DNA from: a phage
Sequence record: OZ556245.1
DNA: 64,000 bases
Reading direction: 5' to 3' (one strand)
Shown here piece after piece: positions 34,308 through 44,570 of this stretch (positions are counted from its first letter, which is position 1; each line of letters starts with the position of its first letter). The notes beneath the pieces were generated by a model. It was not told where the DNA came from. It worked only from the letters and a program-made list of their open reading frames with translations, and ran no database searches. A program made the translations under genes and the position numbers.

Positions 34308-34587
34308 ATTGAATAACCTTTAGTTGACGTTTTAGTTCTTTTATCATTTCTTCGTTCATCGCAATATAAAGATCGCGTAAAGCAGGTTTTAGCATTCCAT
34401 TTACTGGAGAACTAAATGGACATACATAATCTTTTCCTACGAGCTTTTTGGTGAATTCCATATCACAGAACTGAAATGCCGGTTCATTGGCATAAATTCC
34501 CCAATTAGTTGACATCATTTTATTGGCATATTCCAACGCCTGGATTTGATTCTTAATTCCATCAATTTGAAACTTTTTAATATTCAT
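34291..34587 (-). CDS. hypothetical protein
   Basis: 98-aa ORF. Confidence 0.5.
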   Translation of the reverse strand: MNIKKFQIDGIKNQIQALEYANKMMSTNWGIYANEPAFQFCDMEFTKKLVGKDYVCPFSSPVNGMLKPALRDLYIAMNEEMIKELKRQLKVIQFGQGN

Positions 34588-35048
34588 TAGTAAAGGTCCT
34601 CAGAGTAAAGTTCTTTTTCACTACCACCGCGTTCAATACGTACTTGTCCGGCGTAAGTTGCAATAATCATTGCTTCTTCACGTGTCCAGTAATTGCTATA
34701 CTGATCAATAAACCCTTGGTCATCATCACAAACTTGCTGAGTAACTAATTGGGGTTTAACTACATCTAAAACTTCTGCCATATCTTTAGAATAATGACGA
34801 GCACCTGGAATAACAAGAGTTCGTCCATCTTTTAATTTAAAACGGTTGGCGGCACAAACAATTCGTCGTTGATACTTTTGGTTTTCATCCCAGTATGCGG
34901 TCTGCCAACAGATTTCAGGAACTTCTTTCAGAATATCTTCTTCTGTGCATTTATAACCATGTGCTTTAAATTTTTCAACAAGACTTTCTGGAGTTTCACG
35001 AGATAAAGGAACATTCAGCATTTTTAAACGATTAATAAATGGGTTCAT
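34587..35048 (-). CDS. hypothetical protein
   Basis: 153-aa ORF. Confidence 0.5.
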   Translation of the reverse strand: MNPFINRLKMLNVPLSRETPESLVEKFKAHGYKCTEEDILKEVPEICWQTAYWDENQKYQRRIVCAANRFKLKDGRTLVIPGARHYSKDMAEVLDVVKPQLVTQQVCDDDQGFIDQYSNYWTREEAMIIATYAGQVRIERGGSEKELYSEDLY

Positions 35049-35389
35049 TTAAACCATCCTTTAATACGCTGCCACAGAGTTTTCTGTTGAGCTTTGTTAA
35101 CACCAATTGAGCGAATAACTGGTTGAGATTCCTGGAATTCTTTATAATCAGCAAGGTAAATTTCGTAAGCCGATTGAACAAAGGTACTAATCGCTGCCAT
35201 GAAGTTTTTACGTACACCGCCAGGAGCTACTCCGTTAGGTAATTCAGAATTTTCACGAATAATTAAATATAGCCCAGTTCTAACTTTAACAATAGTTCCA
35301 AGATAAGCTCCATGATACCAGATATCCCACCCCTCTTGAGTGGGTTCTGCACAACGACGAAGTTCATTAACAATTTCTAACTTGTTCAT
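35045..35389 (-). CDS. hypothetical protein
   Basis: 114-aa ORF. Confidence 0.5.
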   Translation of the reverse strand: MNKLEIVNELRRCAEPTQEGWDIWYHGAYLGTIVKVRTGLYLIIRENSELPNGVAPGGVRKNFMAAISTFVQSAYEIYLADYKEFQESQPVIRSIGVNKAQQKTLWQRIKGWFK

Positions 35390-35399
35390 TATTTATTCC

Positions 35400-36035
35400 T
35401 CACAGTTCAGATGCTACGGTGATTACTGCTTCAATGTTTTCTGCCGAGCGTTTAATGTCAAGATACACATTGCCGTTTTTAGCGATTTTACATGACATTC
35501 CGATATCAGTAAATTTCTGAATATGATGTTCCATCATTTTGTATCCAAAAATTCGCATATTTCCATTGTTATTAATTTCAAAATTACGAATTCCGTGAGT
35601 GCGTTTTTCTAAAATAGCAAGATAGTTACTGCGGTAAGTTTCAACCTTTTTAAGAACAAATCCATTTTCATCTAAAAGTTTTAGCATGAGGTCTTTATCT
35701 TCTTCCATATCGGAAGTAATCTCACGAGCTTTACGAGTTGCTCGTTTTTTCAGCAGTTCAGGAGCATTTTCCTGTGCATATAAAGTTGCCGCATTTGAAA
35801 TAATATCCTGAGCTTCACCTGTAATGATCAATCCATCACCAGATTTCTCCACCAGGCCTTTTTTAATCAATACCCCAATATTACTATTAACTACTGCATT
35901 ACCTAAATCTGGATGCACCTCACGAACTTCTGCGGCTGTAATGAAATCTTTCTTAGCAATGGTAATTAAAATCGCAGCAGTTTTTTCATTCAGAACATCG
36001 TTAGAAGCTTTGATGATGTAAGTTACTTTAGACAT
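35400..36035 (-). CDS. motA: MotA middle-transcription activator
   Basis: 211-aa ORF starting MSKVTYIIKASNDVLNEKTAAILITIAKKDFITAAEVREV. Confidence 0.92.
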   Translation of the reverse strand: MSKVTYIIKASNDVLNEKTAAILITIAKKDFITAAEVREVHPDLGNAVVNSNIGVLIKKGLVEKSGDGLIITGEAQDIISNAATLYAQENAPELLKKRATRKAREITSDMEEDKDLMLKLLDENGFVLKKVETYRSNYLAILEKRTHGIRNFEINNNGNMRIFGYKMMEHHIQKFTDIGMSCKIAKNGNVYLDIKRSAENIEAVITVASEL

Positions 36036-36140
36036 TTTAATCTCCGTTTCAGTTCATTTATTTGATAGGTCTATAGTATCATGTTTAAAGCAGAAGTAAA
36101 CACTTTTTTGCACTCTTTTTCAAGAGCTCTAATAAAGTAC

Positions 36141-36368
36141 TTACTTAATGTTCAGATTACGAACTTCGATTTCGTCTTCATGGGCAAAATCAAACTGTTT
36201 GAATTCTGTGTCACCTTTAAATTTAAAAATCATTGTGAAGAAAGTCAGAACACCAGGTTTTTCTTCACGAACTCCACAGATATCATATTCAATACCATCT
36301 ACAACCAGTTTGTTAGCAGTCAGAGCATTTTTAGCTTTAACGATTTCGTTTTCGATTTTAAATTTCAT
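36141..36368 (-). CDS. hypothetical protein
   Basis: 75-aa ORF downstream of an early promoter. Confidence 0.5.
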   Translation of the reverse strand: MKFKIENEIVKAKNALTANKLVVDGIEYDICGVREEKPGVLTFFTMIFKFKGDTEFKQFDFAHEDEIEVRNLNIK

Positions 36369-36416
36369 TTTTTGTATCTCCGGGTTGTTTGTTTCAGTTC
36401 ATTTATTTGATAGTTG

Positions 36417-36447
36417 TATAGTACCATAAAGCTTTATGCTTGTAAAC
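36417..36447 (-). promoter_or_regulatory. early sigma70-type promoter, near-identical copy of the one at 19713-19743
   Basis: Same ~60-bp sequence as 19705-19768. Confidence 0.55.
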
Positions 36448-36471
36448 CGTTTTGTGAAAAAATTTTGAAAT

Positions 36472-36497
36472 AAAAAAGGGAGAGCCTCGGCTCTCCC
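36472..36497 (-). terminator. rho-independent terminator downstream of gene 52 unit
   Basis: GGGAGAGCC...GGCTCTCCC hairpin with minus-strand U-run. Confidence 0.55.
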
Positions 36498-36502
36498 TAA
36501 AA

Positions 36503-36652
36503 TTACTGCATGACTGTGATAACTGTCATGATAACACGTTGAATTCCGAACGCAAGAAGACCTCCTGCTACGGCAGGAACAACACCTAAACCCGCCAGTA
36601 AAATGCCACCAGATACTAATGCAGCGCTTGTAATACCTATGAATGGACTCAT
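36503..36652 (-). CDS. small hydrophobic membrane peptide (49 aa)
   Basis: Hand translation MSPFIGITSAALVSGGILLAGLGVVPAVAGGLLAFGIQRVIMTVITVMQ; ATG overlaps gene 52 stop; terminator downstream. Confidence 0.4.
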   Translation of the reverse strand: MSPFIGITSAALVSGGILLAGLGVVPAVAGGLLAFGIQRVIMTVITVMQ

Positions 36653-37977
36653 TTGATTTCCTCTAAATCTTTGGTGTATTCTGTAACTACATCAGTAGTT
36701 TTCCAATATTCGTTTTCTTCTTTTTTAGCTTTAGCTTCTTCAGCAAGTTTCTTTGCTTCGTCGGAAGTCATATGAAAAATATTCATTCCAACTAGTTTAT
36801 CAACATAAGAAGAATACATATCAATTTTAGAAAGTTCTTCGGTCAGTTCTTTGCGAGTTTTACCTTGTACAACAATTTCACCTGAAATTACTTTCTTAAT
36901 GAAATGTGCCTTGGCAAAGGCTAAACGAAATGCTGATTCAGTTTCTTTGATTTTGTTATCAATTCGTTTTTGGACATAAGTTTTACGAACTTCAACGAAG
37001 TCTTTGATTAAATCAACTACGTTATCGTAAACTTGTAGTTTTCCTTTCTCATTAATAACGGTAATATTCTGGGAACGACGCTCAATCAACCCGAAGTCTT
37101 TCATAATTTTTGCATGGCGTTCTTCTTCGTTATCGCTTAAGGAATATTCTTTACGGAATTTAACTTTGAAGCCAAAACCATGCTCACCGCAAGCATCATC
37201 CCACGTAATGAAACCTTTATCTTCAAGCGGGTCTAAGATTTTACTCACATAAGTTTCACGATCATACTTATACGGAATCTCAGTGATATGCATTTGAGTT
37301 CGCGAAGTAAACTTGTACGTTCCACGAATTTCATATTGACCGTCAATTTCAACGACTTCACCACGAAATTCTGGGAATTCTACCTTAGGTTTAGTTACTT
37401 TCTTTCCTTGAAGAGCTTGCAATACAGCTTTCTTGACAGAAGAAACACTATGAGGAAGAATGTAAGTTGCATAACCAGTTGCAATACCGGAAACACCATT
37501 AAGAAGAACAGTAGGAATAATAGGCAAATAGAAAGCAGGCGGAATGTGTTCTTTATCTTGATGTACCGGAGCATATTCAGTATCTTTATATACGTTATAG
37601 AAATTTTTACTTACACGAGCAAAAATATAACGACTTGCCGCTGCTTTTTGAACGGTACGAGAACCAAAGTTTCCTTGACCATCTAACAGAGGAAAGTTAT
37701 TATTCCAAGTATTAGCCATCAAAGCACCTGCGTCTTGTGCAGAGTTTTCACCATGATGATATCCAAGGTCTGCTACACCACCTGCAATAGAAGCGAGTTT
37801 GTGAAACTTATCTTTATTTCCTCGTGCCAAATCAAGAGCTCGAGCAATAACAAATCGTTGAACTGGCTTAAATCCATCAATCATATTTGGGATAGCACGA
37901 TTTTCAACCGTGTACATAGCATAAGCCAATGCTTCGTTATCAATGATACTTTTTAAATCGCGATTATTCAGTTGCAT
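36649..37977 (-). CDS. 52: gp52 topoisomerase II medium subunit
   Basis: 442-aa ORF, GyrA-like N-terminal region with active-site tyrosine context. Confidence 0.9.
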   Translation of the reverse strand: MQLNNRDLKSIIDNEALAYAMYTVENRAIPNMIDGFKPVQRFVIARALDLARGNKDKFHKLASIAGGVADLGYHHGENSAQDAGALMANTWNNNFPLLDGQGNFGSRTVQKAAASRYIFARVSKNFYNVYKDTEYAPVHQDKEHIPPAFYLPIIPTVLLNGVSGIATGYATYILPHSVSSVKKAVLQALQGKKVTKPKVEFPEFRGEVVEIDGQYEIRGTYKFTSRTQMHITEIPYKYDRETYVSKILDPLEDKGFITWDDACGEHGFGFKVKFRKEYSLSDNEEERHAKIMKDFGLIERRSQNITVINEKGKLQVYDNVVDLIKDFVEVRKTYVQKRIDNKIKETESAFRLAFAKAHFIKKVISGEIVVQGKTRKELTEELSKIDMYSSYVDKLVGMNIFHMTSDEAKKLAEEAKAKKEENEYWKTTDVVTEYTKDLEEIK

Positions 37978-37981
37978 AAAT

Positions 37982-38122
37982 TTACCATACTAGTGAATGT
38001 AGTGCCATAATAACATCAGAAATGAAAAGCACGACTTGAATTAATCCGAACATTACTCCATAATATAGTGCTACCAATAAAGTAGCAAGGGCTAATGAAT
38101 AGCCCAAGATTTTCTTAATCAT
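37982..38122 (-). CDS. small hydrophobic peptide (~46 aa)
   Basis: Hand translation [31 protein letters not shown]...; coordinates approximate. Confidence 0.3.
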   Translation of the reverse strand: MIKKILGYSLALATLLVALYYGVMFGLIQVVLFISDVIMALHSLVW

Positions 38123-38273
38123 TAGTAGATAACAACACAAATGTTAAATATGCACACATACCCTGAGATAAAGCTTGTGAAAACACGCTGTTAGCATCGG
38201 TGCAGATAGTTAAAACACATGCTACTATCCAACAAATCATTGAAATAATTCCAATAATTTTCGTAATATTCAT
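38115..38273 (-). CDS. small hydrophobic membrane peptide (52 aa)
   Basis: Hand translation [52 protein letters not shown]; GAGGAGA Shine-Dalgarno 6 nt upstream. Confidence 0.4.
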   Translation of the reverse strand: MNITKIIGIISMICWIVACVLTICTDANSVFSQALSQGMCAYLTFVLLSTND

Positions 38274-38370
38274 AATATTCTCCTCGATTGTTTTTAAAAC
38301 CTAAAACACCGAAATTTTTAAGATTGTTACGATAGAACTGCATCACATGTTCGTTATGGAAATTACTCAT
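38191..38370 (-). CDS. stp: Stp-like peptide; N-terminus matches T4 Stp, C-terminus divergent and extended to 59 codons
   Basis: ATG overlapping ndd stop (TAATG); reads [28 protein letters not shown]...; first 18 residues match T4 Stp as recalled. Confidence 0.5.
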   Translation of the reverse strand: MSNFHNEHVMQFYRNNLKNFGVLGFKNNRGEYYEYYENYWNYFNDLLDSSMCFNYLHRC

Positions 38371-38822
38371 TAGTATACCTGCAAAACAAATTTAAAGTTA
38401 TCAGCCAACATACGGTTCATTTCTTCAAGTGTTTGATACTCAGAATGATGATTACGAGTAAACGCTAAAGCTAACTGACCTTTTCCAAATCCTGTCGTCA
38501 AAGGTTTCATCTTAGAAGCAGGCAAATAAAATACTGCGTATGGAACATTATTATTTGCAATAGTGCGCGCGAGCTGAGACCGACGTTGACGAATATGACT
38601 TAGAACTGCACTGAATCCTTGTTTAGAACGCTGATTACCTACATAAAATCGTGCAGATACGCATGAACCATATGAACCATCGAATTCGCTTATTAAAAAG
38701 TAAAATCCAGGTTTAGATAAAATATCTTTGTGCGGAGTTCCCAAAAACCATTCACCGCCCTTGATTGTACCAATAACAGTAGCACCTGCATTATTCAGAT
38801 CAGTAACAGTCATGTATTTCAT
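38370..38822 (-). CDS. ndd: Ndd nucleoid disruption protein candidate
   Basis: 150-aa ORF directly upstream of stp; length and synteny. Confidence 0.7.
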   Translation of the reverse strand: MKYMTVTDLNNAGATVIGTIKGGEWFLGTPHKDILSKPGFYFLISEFDGSYGSCVSARFYVGNQRSKQGFSAVLSHIRQRRSQLARTIANNNVPYAVFYLPASKMKPLTTGFGKGQLALAFTRNHHSEYQTLEEMNRMLADNFKFVLQVY

Positions 38823-38881
38823 ATTAATTTCCTCTAATTATTTTCTACTCCAAGGCCGCATGAATACACACGGCCGATAAA

Positions 38882-39097
38882 TTAATCGTCGCAGTCGACG
38901 CTCAATTCCCAGAACTCTTCTACGGTATAAGTTTCAGTATCATTTTCAATACAGAAACGTTCATTACTGTTGTTTGCTAAAGTAGCATTAACTGTCATTT
39001 TCTCGCTAGTGCTCTTAAGAGGTGAAATACGAATTAACTGATCACCACTATCTAAGCAAAAAATTTCGCCAACTTTTACATCTTTAAAAATTTTCAT
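38882..39097 (-). CDS. hypothetical protein
   Basis: 71-aa ORF. Confidence 0.5.
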   Translation of the reverse strand: MKIFKDVKVGEIFCLDSGDQLIRISPLKSTSEKMTVNATLANNSNERFCIENDTETYTVEEFWELSVDCDD

Positions 39098-39212
39098 AAT
39101 TCACCTCAGGGAGTATAAAATCCAAATGCAGTTGTTGACCATCCCATCCAATACGGAAAATTTGCACCGACGTAAAACATGAGAATATAAAACCAACCAC
39201 TCAATAAATTCA

Positions 39213-39431
39213 TCATTTTACACCATTCCAAATTGTTTCAACCACAGATTTTAAGCCATTTTGATGAATGTCCATTCCGACAACTGCCATCAAATAAATT
39301 CCAACTACAACTGAACCTAAGGCAAAAATCAGCATGAAAATGAATAAAGCCGGAAAAATATTATCGAAAAACCATTCAATAAATGTAAAAGCACTGCGTT
39401 TACGCTTCATATTTTCCTCACATAAATCCAA
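39213..39431 (-). CDS. small membrane protein
   Basis: 72-aa ORF with hydrophobic helices. Confidence 0.5.
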   Translation of the reverse strand: MDLCEENMKRKRSAFTFIEWFFDNIFPALFIFMLIFALGSVVVGIYLMAVVGMDIHQNGLKSVVETIWNGVK

Positions 39432-39627
39432 AGTAAGCGTTTAATACATCAATCATTAAAACGATTGGGAATATACTCAAAACTACTAGTATTATAACTA
39501 CATTCCATATAGCTTTAACAATCTTTTTCATTTTCTGTTCCTCCGTAGTTGATAGTTGTATAGTACCACAAAGGAACAGTCTTGTAAACAACTTTTTAAA
39601 AATATTCGTAATAAATGTGAATACCAA
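39418..39627 (-). CDS. small membrane protein
   Basis: 69-aa ORF, hydrophobic (VVIILVVLSIFPIVLMI). Confidence 0.5.
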   Translation of the reverse strand: MVFTFITNIFKKLFTRLFLCGTIQLSTTEEQKMKKIVKAIWNVVIILVVLSIFPIVLMIDVLNAYFGFM

Positions 39628-39805
39628 TCACCACTGCCGAAACTTGTGCAACCCACCATGCACAAGCAATAAGTACAGAATTCAAAATTTTCATAATAAC
39701 CTCATTACAAAAGTAAATGTTAAACAAATTAATGGAATACTAACTAACCAAACAAAACACCACCACAATGAACTCATAGTTCAATCTCAACGATTTTCAT
39801 TTTAC

Positions 39806-40024
39806 TCAATAATCCGCTAAAAGATCGACGATTGTATCACGAAGACATTTATTCGCGATACGTTTAAGAGCAATTTCAGTTTCTGGAGCATTTTGAATAA
39901 TCATTGAATTCAATTCAGCTTCAGCAAACTGAAGTTCTTTAACTAATTCAGCTTTATATTTTCCTTGCCCTTTCTTAGCTTTTGCTCGTTTTAATTCAGC
40001 TGTAGTAAACATTTTATTCTCCAA
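39806..40024 (-). CDS. hypothetical protein
   Basis: 72-aa ORF, Lys/Ala-rich N-terminus. Confidence 0.5.
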   Translation of the reverse strand: MENKMFTTAELKRAKAKKGQGKYKAELVKELQFAEAELNSMIIQNAPETEIALKRIANKCLRDTIVDLLADY

Positions 40025-40093
40025 ATCCGTATCAGTTGATAGTTGTATAATACCACAGTCCTTGTGGTATGTAAACCATTTTGTGAAAATTTT

Positions 40094-40651
40094 TTAAATG
40101 GAAAGATACCATCCGTTGTAGTTGCTTTTTCTTACAACCTTACGAAGGTCTTCTCTATCACCGATGAACTTCGGAGTGTACTGGATGACACCTGGATGAA
40201 TTTCTTTAGTGTTGAATATAATTATACAGTCAGCGACCTGATGATTCAGAATGGGCCCTAGATTTATTCCAGAACCGTATGGATACTCTCCGCTGCATCC
40301 TGTTGTTACAGAAATCCAACGCGAGTCAGTTTGATGTGTCTTAACTTCTACGCGAAGCCCGCAGTATCTTGGATGCGCCAATACATCCCATGCGTATGTA
40401 TACGGGTCATTAACATCCTCTTGGCCTTTGTTAACATACCCGCTTAGCCAATCTGCTACAAAAAACTCTGCGTACACCGCGATACGACATCTTTCAATAA
40501 CTTCTGCTTTATCCTGGTTCGGGTTTTGTTTTAAAGAGTATCTTGCTGTATCAGCAATTTTGACCTTCATTTCACTAGTCAAGTCACTGTTCGATAGGGT
40601 AAATGTCGGAATCTGAAATAGTCTCTGTAAACCCGGATTCGTTTTCTGCAT
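40094..40651 (-). CDS. denB: endonuclease IV
   Basis: 185-aa ORF; length and synteny (upstream of rIIB) as in T4. Confidence 0.8.
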   Translation of the reverse strand: MQKTNPGLQRLFQIPTFTLSNSDLTSEMKVKIADTARYSLKQNPNQDKAEVIERCRIAVYAEFFVADWLSGYVNKGQEDVNDPYTYAWDVLAHPRYCGLRVEVKTHQTDSRWISVTTGCSGEYPYGSGINLGPILNHQVADCIIIFNTKEIHPGVIQYTPKFIGDREDLRKVVRKSNYNGWYLSI

Positions 40652-40913
40652 TTAGACTTTCCTTTTTACCGCTGAGATAAGCGTTATATACTTTAAGAGT
40701 GCCGTAATAAATTCGGTCATTTTCATCTAAAGACTCACGGTCAAGTTCATCGAGTTCCTTTTTATCCATGACTATAACATCATTGCAGTAAAGAAACCCA
40801 AGTTTTTCGTGACCAAACTCAAATTTATTGCAGTACACAATATTAGCGTGATGATTTCCGTGTAGATTAATCTCTTTTATGTCGGAATCACCGATATTCA
40901 TACAATAAATCAT
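40584..40913 (-). CDS. hypothetical protein
   Basis: 109-aa ORF; 3' end overlaps denB start, true start uncertain. Confidence 0.4.
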   Translation of the reverse strand: MIYCMNIGDSDIKEINLHGNHHANIVYCNKFEFGHEKLGFLYCNDVIVMDKKELDELDRESLDENDRIYYGTLKVYNAYLSGKKESLNAENESGFTETISDSDIYPIEQ

Positions 40914-40951
40914 AATTTTTCCTTAAAACAAAAGGGCCGAAGCCCCTTATT

Positions 40952-41146
40952 TTATTTGAATTGTGCAATTCTTTTTTCTAAACAATCTGCGTAAGATTTC
41001 ATTGAGATGAATTGTGAAAGCAGTAATTCTTGCTCAACTTCATTAATCATTAGAAACTTTGTGCTTTCTAAAAATTTGCTCAGTGCATTAATTTTGAGCA
41101 TTAATTGATCGTATTCTTCTTTTACTCGTGCTTGATAACCTAACAT
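40952..41146 (-). CDS. hypothetical protein
   Basis: 64-aa ORF flanked by C(UUCG)G-type hairpins. Confidence 0.5.
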   Translation of the reverse strand: MLGYQARVKEEYDQLMLKINALSKFLESTKFLMINEVEQELLLSQFISMKSYADCLEKRIAQFK

Positions 41147-41174
41147 AATTTTCCTTAGTTAAGGGCCGAAGCCC

Positions 41175-42113
41175 TTATTTAAATTGTTCAGTAACGTCTT
41201 CAACTACTTCGTATTGGCAGGTACGCATTTTAGCATCGTTGTAATCAATCGGAATTGATACTACATCACGCGGATGCACTTTAACTTTTACAACTCGACT
41301 GGTTGAACTGCCAAAGTGACGAATATAAGATTTAGAACACACATGCAGACCACGAGAACAAGTTTGTGTATCATCGTCATTCACACGAGTACGTGGCATT
41401 TTAACTACTTTACCAGGACTGTTATCAAAAGTATTTGAATGACAGTCAAAGTAATTGCTGCGAACTACTTTCCAAGCATAGAAGTAGCCATCTTCTGTAA
41501 TTTCAATATCGTTTGCTACCAAGAAATCAAAGAGTCGAGATACCGCTTTTTGGCTTGGGTTTTCCAACAGATTTTCCAAGAACGGAAAATAAAATTCAAA
41601 GTTTTCGCCTTTTTCCATCGAATCGAGAATACGATCAACTAAACCAGACCGCAATTCAATATTTTGATAGAACAAGCTTCCACCTTCAATTCGAACATCA
41701 CCGGAAATATATTTTTCAACGGCGCGACGAACATTAATTTTTTGTGCCGCTTCTTCCAATTTATCTGCAACAAGCAGATTAAGAATTTCCTGGAAGTTTG
41801 AATGAGTATTAGGAGTTGCGTTATAAGTTACACCATCAACAGTAATTGAAATGAATTTTTTAGATGCATTCCAAATAATGTCAGATTTAGCAACTGGAGC
41901 GATAGTTGTATCGCTATTAACTTTAACCGTAATGTCACCGCTAATGGTAACTTTGGAACGCTCAGCTTCTTCAGCATTTTTCAAAACACGACGGATTGTG
42001 TCAACCGATACACCTTGCCAATCAGCCAATTCCTGTTGGGTGTAATTACCACTTGAATACAGTTTGACAATTTCAGCTTGTTCGTTTTTGGTCAGGCATT
42101 TAATATTGTACAT
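41175..42113 (-). CDS. rIIB: rIIB
   Basis: 312-aa ORF starting MYNIKCLTKNEQAEIVKLYSSGNYTQQELADW. Confidence 0.93.
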   Translation of the reverse strand: MYNIKCLTKNEQAEIVKLYSSGNYTQQELADWQGVSVDTIRRVLKNAEEAERSKVTISGDITVKVNSDTTIAPVAKSDIIWNASKKFISITVDGVTYNATPNTHSNFQEILNLLVADKLEEAAQKINVRRAVEKYISGDVRIEGGSLFYQNIELRSGLVDRILDSMEKGENFEFYFPFLENLLENPSQKAVSRLFDFLVANDIEITEDGYFYAWKVVRSNYFDCHSNTFDNSPGKVVKMPRTRVNDDDTQTCSRGLHVCSKSYIRHFGSSTSRVVKVKVHPRDVVSIPIDYNDAKMRTCQYEVVEDVTEQFK

Positions 42114-42124
42114 AATTTTCCTTA

Positions 42125-44302
42125 TTAGGCCGCAAGGGCCTTCATAGTTTTAGCGATTTGGGAAACTTCATCATCACTTAAAGAGTTGCGATAACCGATG
42201 AAGTCGGAAACAATACGGAATTTCTTGGTAAACTCAGCAACCATTTTATCACTGTTTTTTGAAGCATTATTTGATAATACATCAAAAAGATTAGTTACTG
42301 TCCAGATGTCATGACCGATGGTACCTTTTCCACCGTTGAAATATATACCCTGCAATGAACTAACCATATTACCAAGGCGAGTATATTCTTCAGAAACTTC
42401 ATCTACACTGAAGTACTTCATCATAAAATCTAACTCAGGATACTTGATAATTTTATCAATATATCGTTTAGCTGAACTTGAATAACCTACATACTTATCA
42501 TAATCTACAGCATCAAAAGCATCTACATATAAATCACGTAGAGTTTCAAAAATACATTGGCACTGACCGAGTTCTTTTACCTTTTTCTGCAAAAGCGGAC
42601 GAATAACATAAAATTCATTAATGCCAATAAGATTAGCCATACGAGTCAAAATACTCGTAGATGGATGACAAAGCGATGTAGTACCATCCATAGAGAAAAT
42701 ATCAGAACGATGCATGTATGCTACATAACCAGTAATTTCATCTGCTTCTGATGTGAGTGTAAACAGTTCCTCTTTTTCCCAGCGTCCGTCTTTAATTTCA
42801 AACTTAAATGCAGTAGCAGCTTTAGGACGAGGAGCTTTACTTTTAACTACCTTCGGAATATAACTTTTAACTAAAGCTTCAATTTCTGACAAATAATGAA
42901 TGTTAACTTCATCACTTTCAAACATCGCAATAATATCAGGAAGTAAATCAATCTGCGATTCTACTTCCGGGTTAATAAACAGAAGACGCTCATTATGATG
43001 AATATTTAAAGTGTTATTAAATTCACTATCATCTAACGCATGTGCTAATCCACGGACAATATTAACACGATTTTTAATATCATCAATAACGATATTAATT
43101 TTTGTTGTATTAATACCGAACAGACGATAGCTTGATGCAACGGCTGAAGTTTCATGGCTTTGCTTAATGCGTTTCAGTCGAGGGTCAAGATTTACTTCAT
43201 ACACAACCCCTGCATTACATAACTTACTATCAGGTTCAAACATGCTCTGCATCTTCTTATATGACAAATTTTTAGTCGTGAATTTGACTGAATTACTAAT
43301 CATATAATCTCGAGCAGAATACCCCATCTTCATCAATTCGCGATATGTGTGACGAGGAGATGTAGATTCTTTAAATCGTTTTACATCTTCATTAAATGCT
43401 TGCTCACTAAGTTCTTTAACTCGTTCAATAATATTTTTACGAGTACGATCATCCAGTGAAAGAGCCTCGCGAGATGGAGCAATATCAAGTGAACCCATTG
43501 GAAACTTAATGTAATTCACTTCATTACGAATGCTTAGCCAGTTACGCTCTCTAATAACACCATCAATAGGATAAACAATACCGCCATAGATGGCATACAA
43601 TCCACCACGATCAGGCCAATATCTTTCTGGATTTACGCCATAGTAGTCATCAAAATCCGGAAAATAATCAATTTCACGGTCAAGACCATTGATGATAGCC
43701 AAATCTTTGAATGGCCGCATGATATAAGAAACTTCATAAGCAAAGTTTCTAAAGTCTTTTTCTTCAACTGGAACTACGATTTCAATACCAGTTTTATCAT
43801 CTGGGCCCATTTCTTTTACAAATGTAGGTTTAATTTGTGGACCATCGCCATCCATATAAGCTACATAACCACGAATTTCGCCTTTATGATACGAAGTAAT
43901 ACTAAACGTATCAGTATAACTAAATGGAGATTTAGAACCTAAACCAAATCCGCCAATGAAATCGTTGGATTCGGCTTTAGATGAACTGAAGTATGAATTA
44001 TACAGACCAGGAGAATTATCATCACCTTGAATATCAAAATCGCTCATACCCGGACCAAAATCTCGGCAAACAAATCGCGGATCTAATCGTCCTGGAACTT
44101 GAATGATAAATTTTTCATGATTTCCATTGAGAGCATGGGCGTCAATCATGTTGGTAATCAATTCACGGACTACTGCGCGAATCTTGTTTGTATACAAATC
44201 AGATGACAGAATTTTAAATACTTTAGGAGATGCTGTGATGCTAAATGCTTTTGATTTAGAACCATTACCAAGAATTGTTTCTTTTTCAGTGGTGATAATC
44301 AT
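42125..44302 (-). CDS. rIIA: rIIA
   Basis: 725-aa ORF with GHKL-like ATPase N-terminal region; synteny. Confidence 0.93.
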   Translation of the reverse strand: MIITTEKETILGNGSKSKAFSITASPKVFKILSSDLYTNKIRAVVRELITNMIDAHALNGNHEKFIIQVPGRLDPRFVCRDFGPGMSDFDIQGDDNSPGLYNSYFSSSKAESNDFIGGFGLGSKSPFSYTDTFSITSYHKGEIRGYVAYMDGDGPQIKPTFVKEMGPDDKTGIEIVVPVEEKDFRNFAYEVSYIMRPFKDLAIINGLDREIDYFPDFDDYYGVNPERYWPDRGGLYAIYGGIVYPIDGVIRERNWLSIRNEVNYIKFPMGSLDIAPSREALSLDDRTRKNIIERVKELSEQAFNEDVKRFKESTSPRHTYRELMKMGYSARDYMISNSVKFTTKNLSYKKMQSMFEPDSKLCNAGVVYEVNLDPRLKRIKQSHETSAVASSYRLFGINTTKINIVIDDIKNRVNIVRGLAHALDDSEFNNTLNIHHNERLLFINPEVESQIDLLPDIIAMFESDEVNIHYLSEIEALVKSYIPKVVKSKAPRPKAATAFKFEIKDGRWEKEELFTLTSEADEITGYVAYMHRSDIFSMDGTTSLCHPSTSILTRMANLIGINEFYVIRPLLQKKVKELGQCQCIFETLRDLYVDAFDAVDYDKYVGYSSSAKRYIDKIIKYPELDFMMKYFSVDEVSEEYTRLGNMVSSLQGIYFNGGKGTIGHDIWTVTNLFDVLSNNASKNSDKMVAEFTKKFRIVSDFIGYRNSLSDDEVSQIAKTMKALAA

Positions 44303-44312
44303 AATTTCCTCA

Positions 44313-44516
44313 TTAATTCATATTGCGTTTAATAACTTCAGCAACTTCTAGTAGTTCATCTTTAGTTGCGGTGTCGGATTGAATTTTATCTCTAATATCC
44401 TTAAAGCGGTTTTTAAACTCTTCGGCTTCTCCCATATCGAAAAAGCGTTGAATGATTCTATATTCTCGATGAACTGCTTTATCAAAAAGTTCTAAATTTA
44501 CTTTATATGATTTCAT
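44313..44516 (-). CDS. hypothetical protein (rIIA.1 position)
   Basis: 67-aa ORF. Confidence 0.5.
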   Translation of the reverse strand: MKSYKVNLELFDKAVHREYRIIQRFFDMGEAEEFKNRFKDIRDKIQSDTATKDELLEVAEVIKRNMN

Positions 44517-44570
44517 TTCAATATCCTCATTTGCCCAATTAATTATACCACATCCTTGTGGTAAAGTAAA

